In this document: in pieces, positions 47,098-54,870 of the stretch
How the letters are laid out: each line of letters begins with the position of its first letter
How positions within the stretch are numbered: the first letter of the stretch is position 1
DNA from: Candidatus Uhrbacteria bacterium
GTDB lineage: Bacteria; Patescibacteriota; Patescibacteriia; UBA9934; GWF2-40-263
Direction of reading: 5' to 3'
NCBI GenBank assembly: GCA_016188495.1
Contig: JACPHU010000023.1
Location: 1-54,870, forward strand
Length of the DNA: 54,870 nucleotides
Made by a program: the position numbers and the translations under genes
The notes under the pieces: model-generated
What the model saw: the letters and a program-made list of their open reading frames with translations, nothing else
What the model was told of the DNA's origin: nothing
Database searches by the model: none

Positions 47098-48367
47098 ATT
47101 CATGTGATGTCAGTCGCTCTGGGGCACGAAACCACTCGTGTACCTGTTCCACAATCTCTGAAATCTTGACCAGACGTGCATCCGTCTCATGTCGCTCTTT
47201 CCATTCAACGGAATCTTCTGCGAGCGTTTTTTCAGATATCACCAGGCGAAGCGGCAGACCAATCAGATCCGTATCAGCAAACTTTTCTCCTGGACGAAGA
47301 TCGCGTTCATCCCACAATACCTCTATTCCAGAGGCTTCAAGATCATCATGGATGTCTGAGGCGACCTCTTCAAGACGTTGCGATCCGTCTTTTCCGCTAA
47401 TGGTAATCAAAGACACATGAAAAGGAGCCACGGCTTTTGGCCAAAGGATTCCCTTTTCATCGTGATGGACTTCAACGATAGATCCCATCACGCGAGAAGG
47501 GCCGATACCATAAGACCCCATAATAACCTTTGTAGGCTTACCGTTGGCGTCTGTGACAGTAAAATCAATCGCGTCTGAAAACCGAGACTCAAGAGGGAAA
47601 ATATTTCCAACCTCAATGGTCTTTTTAATGTCATACAACTCTGTATTTTCCCAATCACCCTCTGGAACCACTTCTCGGTTAAATGCCTCACCTGTCTTTT
47701 TATCAATATACACACGATCTTCTCCGGCATCCGTCTCTACCTGAAATTCGTGAGAAAAACGCTTCGTGAAATCCCCACCGCTGGCTTTCACAACCAAGGC
47801 ATTCAAGCCGCAGCGACGATAGACGTTCAGGTAGGCTTGCTTTGATTTCTCATAAAATTCCTCAAACCCTTCCTGAGTCAAATGGAAGCTATACAGATCT
47901 TTCATGGAAAACTCGCGACCGCGCAACAGTCCGGATTTGGCTCGAGGTTCATTGCGAAATTTATCGTTGATTTGATATAGAAGTACCGGAAAATCTTTAT
48001 ACGAACGGACATATTCCTTCACTAGTGGCGTGACCATATCCTCTGCAGTGGCTGCAAGGGCCAATTCTTTCCCACCGGCGCCTTCCAATTTAAAGAGAAC
48101 ATCAATCCCCCATCGACCCGTATCCTCCCATACTTTTTTGGGAGTAAGCATCGGAATATTGATCTCCTGCCCTCCAATGGCATCCATTTCTTCACGAACA
48201 ATTTGTTTCACTTTATCAAGGGCACGCAAACCCAAGGGGAGATAGGTATAGGCTCCTGCCATGAGCTGATGAATAAAACCGCCTTGAGTGAGGAGCTTCG
48301 CATTGAAGCAATCGGCATCGTGAGGTGCCTCTTTTGTCGTTTTTCCAAAAAGGTTTGAATAGCGCAT
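47096..48367 (-). CDS. proS: prolyl-tRNA synthetase (short form without the insertion editing domain)
   Basis: MRYSNLFGKTTKEAPHDADCFNAKLLTQGGFIHQLMAGAYTYLPLGLRAL is the typical bacterial ProRS N-terminus. About 423 aa. Confidence 0.85.
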   Translation of the reverse strand: MRYSNLFGKTTKEAPHDADCFNAKLLTQGGFIHQLMAGAYTYLPLGLRALDKVKQIVREEMDAIGGQEINIPMLTPKKVWEDTGRWGIDVLFKLEGAGGKELALAATAEDMVTPLVKEYVRSYKDFPVLLYQINDKFRNEPRAKSGLLRGREFSMKDLYSFHLTQEGFEEFYEKSKQAYLNVYRRCGLNALVVKASGGDFTKRFSHEFQVETDAGEDRVYIDKKTGEAFNREVVPEGDWENTELYDIKKTIEVGNIFPLESRFSDAIDFTVTDANGKPTKVIMGSYGIGPSRVMGSIVEVHHDEKGILWPKAVAPFHVSLITISGKDGSQRLEEVASDIHDDLEASGIEVLWDERDLRPGEKFADTDLIGLPLRLVISEKTLAEDSVEWKERHETDARLVKISEIVEQVHEWFRAPERLTSHE

Positions 48368-48468
48368 AGTGCACAAATCCTATCAAACTCGAGGTGTTTC
48401 GCCAACAAAAAAACCGCAGGCGTTTTAAGGCATGCGGAGATCGTTCTGTTTCGGTGGCAAACTTTCGA

Positions 48469-49074
48469 TCATGACGTGAAATCATTATCGCGAATAATGA
48501 ACGTGACGAGCCCGCGGTTTACACCCACACGATAGCTATCCCCACGCCAATTCTTGATCGAATAGACAGCAGAAGGAACTTCCCGACGTGCAGTCATCCT
48601 TATAGCCGCGACGATTTCGGTAAACTTCGAAACTGAACATCCGTACTGGATGAATTCTCGCCGCTCTCCTTCTTCTTCCATGTATCCCGACTGTGTCTTC
48701 TCAATGCCTTCAAACCATTCCTGCATGAACTGACTTCTAGGAATGATGAGGGATTCCATTTTCCTGGTACGAAAAAAGTTGGCGAGTTCTTCATATCCTT
48801 CCGTTATGGGACAGATTTCCCAAGCCGGAGTTGTATCGAGCACGGCCCCTGCAACCCACATGGCAAAATCAACCTGCGTATCAAGGATATAAAGCTCTGG
48901 ATCGTCCTTTTGTACATTCACATTTGAAGGAGAAGACACGACTTTCTCAGCCATGTCGTCTAACACTTCCACCATTTTATTCCGTTTGTTTCTCCATTCT
49001 GAAAACAGAATCGCCCCAAACACGACAACACAAAATCCCAACAAAAGACAACCGACAACGATAGAAGTCATCAT
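48469..49074 (-). CDS. hypothetical membrane-anchored protein
   Basis: N-terminal TM helix IVVGCLLLGFCVVVFGAILF. A GGAGG lies just upstream of the internal ATG ATG. I recognised no family. Confidence 0.4.
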   Translation of the reverse strand: MMTSIVVGCLLLGFCVVVFGAILFSEWRNKRNKMVEVLDDMAEKVVSSPSNVNVQKDDPELYILDTQVDFAMWVAGAVLDTTPAWEICPITEGYEELANFFRTRKMESLIIPRSQFMQEWFEGIEKTQSGYMEEEGERREFIQYGCSVSKFTEIVAAIRMTARREVPSAVYSIKNWRGDSYRVGVNRGLVTFIIRDNDFTS

Positions 49075-49115
49075 AAGTCCTCCCATTCAAGTTTGAGTTC
49101 AGTATCCTATCCTGT

Positions 49116-49604
49116 TCAATAGTCTCGGACATACCGATCCCTGGCGATCACCAGGCGTTGGCCATCTTGTCGCTCCAACACTTCAAGATCCTGATGTTTT
49201 TCCAGATACCTCTCAAGCGTAAACCGACTCACAAAATTGAGGGTGTCCTCGTATTCGTGAACATAATTCCTCTGATGGTAAGACCCATCAGCCCCCTCTT
49301 CTGTTTCCGTCAACGCAACAGCCCTGAAGGTAATCTTGAGCTTCCAGCACCATGAAGTCATGCTGGAGAAACAAAGTCTGCCGAAGGAAATGCCTCTCAC
49401 ATGAATGAAGGCAAGAAAACCAACAAACTGAAAGAGACATGTACCGACGACAACAAGGGCAAGAAATGGATAAACATTATTCACCATTCCACCCAAGATA
49501 AAAATAATCGTCATGACCCCAACGATAATCCACTGAAAAACGAGACCTGCCTTCACCCCTTCAAACCTTAAATAATCTCGAATCACCGATTTTAACTCTT
49601 CCAT
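49116..49604 (-). CDS. hypothetical two-TM membrane protein (bacterial PH-domain-like architecture?)
   Basis: ATG 49604 with AGGAG RBS. Two adjacent TM helices are followed by a soluble domain of about 90 aa. Confidence 0.4.
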   Translation of the reverse strand: MEELKSVIRDYLRFEGVKAGLVFQWIIVGVMTIIFILGGMVNNVYPFLALVVVGTCLFQFVGFLAFIHVRGISFGRLCFSSMTSWCWKLKITFRAVALTETEEGADGSYHQRNYVHEYEDTLNFVSRFTLERYLEKHQDLEVLERQDGQRLVIARDRYVRDY

Positions 49605-49725
49605 CAACAGTCTCCTTATGTAACACTTTAAAGAACACGCTTTTGAGAGAACGTTCAAAAGACCAAGAAATATACTCTTTTCTCAAAAAAAGTCAATGAC
49701 TTCGTTTGGATTTATCGTTAAGGCC

Positions 49726-49752
49726 ATAAAAAACAGGCTGATTTAGCCTGTT
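49726..49752 (-). terminator. intrinsic terminator after the AstE/AspA-like gene
   Basis: AACAGGCT (49732-39) / AGCCTGTT (49745-52), with T6 on the minus strand. Confidence 0.65.
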
Positions 49753-49766
49753 GTTTTGATAAATTC

Positions 49767-50654
49767 TTATTTCACGCGTTTTGCCAGATAAGCCAATGGC
49801 TTGCCAACTTTCCGATGTTCTGGAACTTTTGGAAAGACAATCACCCCATCATAACCCACAACAAACGGGGTAGGACCGTGATGTCCTAGCGTCGTCCCTT
49901 GTGTAAACAGTTCCCAGGATCGTTCACCAAACCCCTCTGCAAAGGTAAATCCATTCTGGGTCAAAATGATCGGTTCTGTCAGTTCGTAAAGTTCATGTTC
50001 ACAAATAGAAGGTGTAACAACACCCTCAACCAACCCTTGATCGATCAACAGATTGATGGCGTTTTGCGTGACTTCATCCACCCTTGCCAAATCAGATGCC
50101 TGACCGGTCTCATAGCACAATCCAATCCCTCCGTGTGCATCTGTATATTCATCTGTGGTCACAGGCTCTCCTGCCAATACAGCCCCTGGGTCTGATAATA
50201 CCTTTTGGCAAGGAAACCACTGATACACCTCCTCGTGATAGGGGGAATGCATGGAAGCGACAAAGGGTTCTGAAGGCTTATTGGTAGCATGCAGATCCAC
50301 AACGATATCGCTCTTTTGTAAGATCGGAGCGATCTCTCGTGCACGAGTATCCTCATACACTCCTGTGGGTTCATTCATCAACAGACTAATAGGAAAGGAG
50401 CGGTTCAAATCTAAAAATGGTTCACTTCCCCGTTCACTGATTTCGATCGCTCGTGGGTTTCCATGAATAAGATAAACCGTCCCTGTTTTAAGGAATAGTT
50501 CTCCTGACTCGATCATCGATTTTAATTTCAGCACCACCTCGACGCCCGTTCGTTCATTTCCATGCGTTCCGCCGATAATCGTAATCGTTTTTCCAGAAGC
50601 CTGACCTTGAGCTTCCCAAATACAGGGTTTAATTTGTTGCATCATATCCCTCAA
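49767..50654 (-). CDS. succinylglutamate desuccinylase/aspartoacylase family zinc hydrolase
   Basis: ITIIGGTHGNERTGVE and DLHAT motifs. TTG start. Confidence 0.7.
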   Translation of the reverse strand: MRDMMQQIKPCIWEAQGQASGKTITIIGGTHGNERTGVEVVLKLKSMIESGELFLKTGTVYLIHGNPRAIEISERGSEPFLDLNRSFPISLLMNEPTGVYEDTRAREIAPILQKSDIVVDLHATNKPSEPFVASMHSPYHEEVYQWFPCQKVLSDPGAVLAGEPVTTDEYTDAHGGIGLCYETGQASDLARVDEVTQNAINLLIDQGLVEGVVTPSICEHELYELTEPIILTQNGFTFAEGFGERSWELFTQGTTLGHHGPTPFVVGYDGVIVFPKVPEHRKVGKPLAYLAKRVK

Positions 50655-50690
50655 GGATACGCTGAACTTGCCTCCGTTGCCAAGCTATGA

Positions 50691-50829
50691 GAGGATGAAT
50701 CCGGTATGATTTTCACCCTTCTTCAAAAGAAAGATTCAAAGAAACCGTCCTTTTGGGAAGTGTTTATTTGAGCTGAGAAATTCATCCTCAAAGAAAAACA
50801 TCTCCCTCAGGAGATGTTTTTCTTTTTTA
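50691..50829 (+). ncRNA. candidate structured leader or small RNA: long-range 10-bp helix followed by a strong terminator in a divergent spacer
   Basis: GAGGATGAAT (50691-700) pairs with ATTCATCCTC (50780-89). Next come AACATCTCC (50797-805) / GGAGATGTT (50810-18) and a T-rich tail. No upstream plus-strand gene exists for it to terminate. Confidence 0.3.
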
Positions 50830-50864
50830 CGTTATCAAGACCCTCCAACCTTAAAGGAGTCCGC

Positions 50865-51590
50865 ATGCTACTAACCAGAAGAGAACAGTTGGCTCGTGAC
50901 ATGTCTCATTATACGGCTTCTGACGTCTCTACAAGACTGAAAACAAGCTTTGTCGGAGGAAGCATTCTGACACAATGGGGAAAACGACAAACCCCTGGAA
51001 TCGACTATCTTTCGGGAAGCGATCTGCTCACCTTCGATCAACGATGGTATCAGGAGATCGAAGTCATCACGCGCGCGGAAAAGCATCTCCTTACCAAGAC
51101 GCGCCAGGAACTCGAACCTGCCACGCAAGACGGACGGGTCATCATCGCTATCGACACGACAGAAAATAACCGCGTGGTTGGTTGTATCGTCTTATGGGAG
51201 CTGGATCAGGACGATCAGCGCCGTATGTGGTACGAACTGGGAACGTTCGTCGTCGTCCCTGACCATCGCTACAAAGCCAGAGGTCCTAAGGCCATGCCCA
51301 TTGGCGACGTCCTGTACCGAAAACTCCTTCATGTCCATCGCGATAAAAATATCCTTGGAACAACAACCAACCTGAAAGCGATCCATACGGGCTTGCGCCA
51401 TGGAATGCAGATGATCGGTTTCCAAGAACTTCCTTTACGCGTCCACCGTTCAACCTGTATCTGTCCGATAGAAAAAACGGGAGTCCGCGACAATCTCTTT
51501 TGCCAGATCAAAAATCAATCCTGCCGCATGCGCGTCAGTTTTCACACATGGATACGGATGGGATATCCCAAACGTCTACCTACTCCCTAA
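50865..51590 (+). CDS. hypothetical protein, possibly GNAT-like
   Basis: ATG 50865 with AAGGAG RBS. VVGCIVLWELDQ...WYELGTFVVVPDHRYKARG is loosely acetyltransferase-like. Confidence 0.35.
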   Translation: MLLTRREQLARDMSHYTASDVSTRLKTSFVGGSILTQWGKRQTPGIDYLSGSDLLTFDQRWYQEIEVITRAEKHLLTKTRQELEPATQDGRVIIAIDTTENNRVVGCIVLWELDQDDQRRMWYELGTFVVVPDHRYKARGPKAMPIGDVLYRKLLHVHRDKNILGTTTNLKAIHTGLRHGMQMIGFQELPLRVHRSTCICPIEKTGVRDNLFCQIKNQSCRMRVSFHTWIRMGYPKRLPTP

Positions 51591-51739
51591 CCTACGAGCT
51601 TACGAAAGCTCGTTTTTGTATCCAAAACATATCGATAAAAATAAGGATCTTGTGTTTAGATAAAAGATATGATTGAGTACCCGTGACCAAAGATCTCCGA
51701 ATAGACATCGGAGATAACACAAGTCAAAGGAGAGATAAC

Positions 51740-51877
51740 ATGACTCCACTGATTCTAGGACTCACGATCTCCCATCCCTCTTCGGTCGTGGCTATGGCCG
51801 GAGGAGGCCTCTGGGAATTTCTCCTGGTCATAGGGCTCCTCCTTCTGGTCATTGTCTGTATGAGACGCATGGAATAA
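51740..51877 (+). CDS. 45-aa hydrophobic micro-protein
   Basis: ATG 51740 with AAAGGAG RBS. Sequence MTPLILGLTISHPSSVVAMAGGGLWEFLLVIGLLLLVIVCMRRME. A terminator follows. Confidence 0.45.
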   Translation: MTPLILGLTISHPSSVVAMAGGGLWEFLLVIGLLLLVIVCMRRME

Positions 51878-51886
51878 ACAACCATA

Positions 51887-51926
51887 AACCCATCTCACAA
51901 AACGCGTAGAGATGGGTTTTTCTTTT
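51887..51926 (+). terminator. intrinsic terminator
   Basis: AACCCATCTC (51887-96) / GAGATGGGTT (51909-18) followed by TTTCTTTT. Confidence 0.65.
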
Positions 51927-51931
51927 GTAAC

Positions 51932-51960
51932 AAAAATCCCTTAGAAAAATTCCTAAGGGA
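51932..51960 (-). terminator. intrinsic terminator of the 591-aa gene
   Basis: TCCCTTAG (51937-44) / CTAAGGGA (51953-60), with T5 on the minus strand. Confidence 0.6.
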
Positions 51961-51975
51961 TGAGGAGCAAAAATA

Positions 51976-53751
51976 TTACGACACGTCCTCGAAAGATCCA
52001 TCCGGTTCAGATTCTGTAGTAGGATCTTCGCTATCGAGATTCTCATCCAAAGCCGTGCCTGTATCGGTTTGCGATGCAAGATCCGCCGAAGCTGCCAATG
52101 CCGCATCTTGTGCGGAAGTATCGTCAAACTGATGTTCAACCGCCCCATCTATCTGAGCGTAGTAAGCTCGATCAGCCGGACCGTACTCCTCACGATAGGA
52201 TCCGATCTCGGGAATGATCTGACAAGCGAACGCTTCCGAAGGCATCCGCTCTTCAGCAGCACGAGCAAACATGTCATAGATCAAGATATCTGTCGTCCGA
52301 TCCAAAAGATAATCCAGTGCTGTATAGTCGCCGTAGGTATAGACATTCGTGTGCATGACGTGTACACGGGAAACATACTGATGAGTGGTAACCGTCTTCT
52401 GCTGCGGTCCTTTAACCAACCATTTGGTTTTGGCCGCAGGATTTTTGAGAGAATTGTAAGGCTTCTTCCTCCACTTGGGGAGAACCTTCTCAACGCCACA
52501 CATCCGTTTTTCGCGATCAACGATCTCACGACCAAGTGCGTCGAGCATCCCCTGGAAATACTTCGCCTTTTCCTTGAGCGCGATAATGGTCGTCACCGTG
52601 AGCTTCGCGGAAACAGACACGCCCTTACGGATCTCATCGAACCCTTCGCAGGATTCTAAATGTCTAGAAAGTGCTTGGCGCAGGCGATCCAACGCTTTGG
52701 CATCAAACGTCTGAAGTTCTACACAGAGTTCATCGTATTCCTGAACAAGCGAGCGAAGATTTTCCTGCTTTTTGGCAACTTCTTCCACTGAGGTTCGAAC
52801 AACCGATTCTTCAGAGACCAATCGATCATAACGCTCTGCTACCTCAAAAAAAGATGCTCCAAACATGTCGTGAATACGACGCAACAAGGCCGCATCATCG
52901 ATCACACGTCTGGATTCATGCAGATGAACGGAGGCGCATTCCTTCAGGCGCGTCACTTCCTCGCCTTCTGATTTGATCTGTTCATACTCTACAACAACAT
53001 CTGAAAACGAAACCTTGCTGAAAGATCTCAGCAGCTCTTTCTCACGACGCCGTCGCAATCCATCGACAATAAGACCAAACAATAGGACCGTGCGCAGGAA
53101 CCCCCAGAACCAACCGAAGGGTTCTTGATCCTGTCGTTTAACCAATGCCACAAATTCGGCATTCTTTTCGAATCGAGCCCGCTGATCATTCAGATGATCC
53201 AAAGACATTTCATGTCCCTGAATTTCCTGCTCGTACTGATAGACTCCTGCCACGGCACGCGCTTCCTCCGCAGGCACAGCAGCCTGTGCAAGCACGGGAT
53301 CAGTCCGCCGCTTATACAAAGCCATGAATTCGAGATTCTGATTCAGGTGCTCACGTTCTTCTGCCAATGAAGCCAATCGTCCACGAAGTTCCGCAATGGT
53401 TTGCCCGTCTTCCTGAAAACTGACTTCCTTACGGGAAAAACGATCACTTCCTTCAATCACCTGAAGGCGCTGTTGCTTTCCCTGCCGTTCACGTATCAAT
53501 TCACCGAAGAGGACAGGTAAAGACATCATGCCAAGTTCATTGGTCGCCCGATCAACGGACTCGCGATCAAAACTTGAAAGATATCCGAGGGTCAAATCCT
53601 GTCGAGCTGTTTCGAGTTTTTGGTGTACCTCGGCCAGGCTCTTGCGAACAACCCCCTGTTCAGTACGAAGTTCCTCACGTTGTTTACTATACGTCCTGAT
53701 TGCTTCTTCACCGGCACGAATGCCGTCCTGATGCGTTCTGAGTTCCGACAT
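51976..53751 (-). CDS. hypothetical coiled-coil protein with a central hydrophobic segment and an acidic C-terminal tail
   Basis: 591-aa ORF with AAGGAG RBS. Long heptad-like E/R/Q/L-rich stretches, a hydrophobic segment FGWFWGFLRTVLLFGLIVDGL and a tail ...LDENLDSEDPTTESEPDGSFEDVS. Confidence 0.55.
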   Translation of the reverse strand: MSELRTHQDGIRAGEEAIRTYSKQREELRTEQGVVRKSLAEVHQKLETARQDLTLGYLSSFDRESVDRATNELGMMSLPVLFGELIRERQGKQQRLQVIEGSDRFSRKEVSFQEDGQTIAELRGRLASLAEEREHLNQNLEFMALYKRRTDPVLAQAAVPAEEARAVAGVYQYEQEIQGHEMSLDHLNDQRARFEKNAEFVALVKRQDQEPFGWFWGFLRTVLLFGLIVDGLRRRREKELLRSFSKVSFSDVVVEYEQIKSEGEEVTRLKECASVHLHESRRVIDDAALLRRIHDMFGASFFEVAERYDRLVSEESVVRTSVEEVAKKQENLRSLVQEYDELCVELQTFDAKALDRLRQALSRHLESCEGFDEIRKGVSVSAKLTVTTIIALKEKAKYFQGMLDALGREIVDREKRMCGVEKVLPKWRKKPYNSLKNPAAKTKWLVKGPQQKTVTTHQYVSRVHVMHTNVYTYGDYTALDYLLDRTTDILIYDMFARAAEERMPSEAFACQIIPEIGSYREEYGPADRAYYAQIDGAVEHQFDDTSAQDAALAASADLASQTDTGTALDENLDSEDPTTESEPDGSFEDVS

Positions 53752-53777
53752 GACGATTCTCCTTCTTAGGAAAAAGA

Positions 53778-53932
53778 TTACGCCGCAATGGAAGGCAACA
53801 TCGCCTCTTGATGCGACTGACGAAGCTTATCAATATAGGAAGACAAAGCTGTTGAACTAGATACAGGGATTTGATCGAAACGCTTAAACAATGCGATAAA
53901 TTTGGATTCGTTCAATTGCAGTTCAGCCTGAA
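53778..53932 (-). pseudogene. 3' remnant of a gene interrupted by the IS insertion
   Basis: The minus-strand frame is open from the IS junction to TAA (53778-80) and encodes QAELQLNESKFIALFKRFDQIPVSSSTALSSYIDKLRQSHQEAMLPSIAA*. There is no start codon outside the IS. Confidence 0.5.
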
Positions 53933-53969
53933 GCCGTGAACCCAAAAATTCATTTCATCGCTAAATAAA

Positions 53970-54039
53970 TACAAAAAGGACATCTGGTATCCTGTGAGGT
54001 GTATAACTCTTCACAAGAAAACCGTATGTCCTTTTTGTA
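53970..54039 (+). promoter_or_regulatory. 14-bp perfect inverted repeat whose 3' arm contains the transposase start codon
   Basis: TACAAAAAGGACAT (53970-83) / ATGTCCTTTTTGTA (54026-39). Confidence 0.5.
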
Positions 54040-54853
54040 TTCTGAGAATATCACTGAACTTTTTATTTGGGTAGATTCTCTTTTACCGACACGTTGTATT
54101 GGTCGTGCTGTGGGTCGTCCACGAGCACTCTGCGAGAGTGAAATGGCGACTATTTTTATCTGGAATATTCTGGTGTTAAAACAAAAGAACTGGAAAGATT
54201 TACATAAATTTCTCTATGCCTACCATCGCCGTGAGTTTCCCACGTTACCAAACTACAATGCGTTTCTCATGTCGTGCCACCGAGTAACTTCGACCTGTTT
54301 ATCTGTGTTGCAGAGCCTTCTGGTTACGGATGCCCCGCTAAAGTTTATGGATGGAACGATGCTTCCTGTGTGCAAGCATAAACGAGCAGACGCACACAAA
54401 GTTGCTCGCAACGTAGCGAATTTTGGAAAGAATTGGCAAGGATGGCACTTTGGATTCAAGCTGCATGCATCCGTCACGCTCGATGGAAAACTTTGTGGAC
54501 TTGTGTTCACAACCGCCAGCGTTCACGAAAAACATTCTGTCGAAAAACTACTTGGACAGAAGACAAAAATAGCTGTCGGAGACACCTCCTACGGCGGAGC
54601 CGAGTTGCGCAAACGTTTGTGGGAAAAATATGGAACTTATATTCTGGCGCCTGGATTTGTCAGTCAGAAAAACTTGATGGCTGGTTGGCAGAAAAACTTG
54701 CTTGAAGAACGTTCCTGTATTGAGTCAGTCTTCGACTATCTCAAAGAGCATCTTCATCTGGTCACTTCTTTTCCAAGATCTGTTTACGGATACCTCGTCC
54801 ATTACGCGATGGTTCTTTTAGGTTACCAAGTGATGAAATTGTTGGGAATTTGA
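54026..54853 (+). CDS. DDE transposase, IS982 family-like
   Basis: N-terminal ITELFIWVDSLLP. DDE-like blocks FMDGTMLPVC, GWHFGFKLHASVTLDG, AVGDTSYGG and ERSCIESVFDYLKEH. The ORF is open from GTG 53999. Confidence 0.65.
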   Translation: MSFLYSENITELFIWVDSLLPTRCIGRAVGRPRALCESEMATIFIWNILVLKQKNWKDLHKFLYAYHRREFPTLPNYNAFLMSCHRVTSTCLSVLQSLLVTDAPLKFMDGTMLPVCKHKRADAHKVARNVANFGKNWQGWHFGFKLHASVTLDGKLCGLVFTTASVHEKHSVEKLLGQKTKIAVGDTSYGGAELRKRLWEKYGTYILAPGFVSQKNLMAGWQKNLLEERSCIESVFDYLKEHLHLVTSFPRSVYGYLVHYAMVLLGYQVMKLLGI

Positions 54854-54870
54854 ATTTATGGGTTCACGGC

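Larger units (their letters stand above)
53933..54870 (+). mobile_element. IS982-family-like insertion sequence (938 bp) with 20-bp terminal inverted repeats
   Basis: IRL is GCCGTGAACCCAAAAATTCA (53933-52). IRR 54851-70 has reverse complement GCCGTGAACCCATAAATTCA, a 19/20 match. It carries a single transposase ORF and the window ends exactly at IRR. Confidence 0.7.

Noticed and set aside
1-54870. Search by eye for CRISPR arrays, tRNA or rRNA genes and long tandem repeats.
   Set aside because: None were seen. All spacers longer than 100 nt were read on both strands. They contain only terminators, promoters or the elements listed above. A tRNAscan or Infernal run would be needed to be certain.

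Overview
This is a bacterial chromosomal window of about 45 genes from a moderately AT-rich organism. The gene content and one giant ORF are reminiscent of small-genome Patescibacteria/CPR bacteria, but that is inference only. Both window edges fall in insertion sequences: a partial rve-type transposase tail at 1-177 and a complete IS982-like element at 53933-54870. The housekeeping backbone includes dtd, ndk, a split comEC, ugd, an ABC exporter, leuS, gdhA, trxB-trxA, infB, truB, rny, hup, proS and several peptidases. I found no rRNA, tRNA or CRISPR array. Several visibly GC-richer accessory patches sit in this backbone. The most striking is a nine-gene co-directional island (325-11929) next to the left IS. 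It encodes a SLOG/LOG-like protein, an NMN/NaMN adenylyltransferase-NAD kinase fusion, an ADP-ribosylglycohydrolase, nicotinate phosphoribosyltransferase, two divergent IUNH-type nucleoside hydrolases, an ADP-ribose-type Nudix, an unassigned radical SAM enzyme and glutamine-dependent NAD synthetase. Together these make a self-contained NAD(P) rebuilding and ADP-ribose recycling module. Its intergenic spacers carry at least four copies of a structured cassette (hairpin, CTTTTC, second hairpin, GTGAAGA, RBS) with a compensatory base-pair change between copies. The second candidate system (43662-47038) is a lipoprotein fusing a solute-binding domain to a vWA domain, an XpaC-like two-TM protein and a membrane-anchored solute-binding paralog, with no transporter genes. 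Other items are a giant (about 1250 aa) protein with a C-terminal GNAT domain in a leuS-Nudix operon, and an IS insertion that truncates a gene upstream of a 591-aa coiled-coil/TM/acidic-tail protein. All family assignments rest on motifs read by eye, and no database search was possible.
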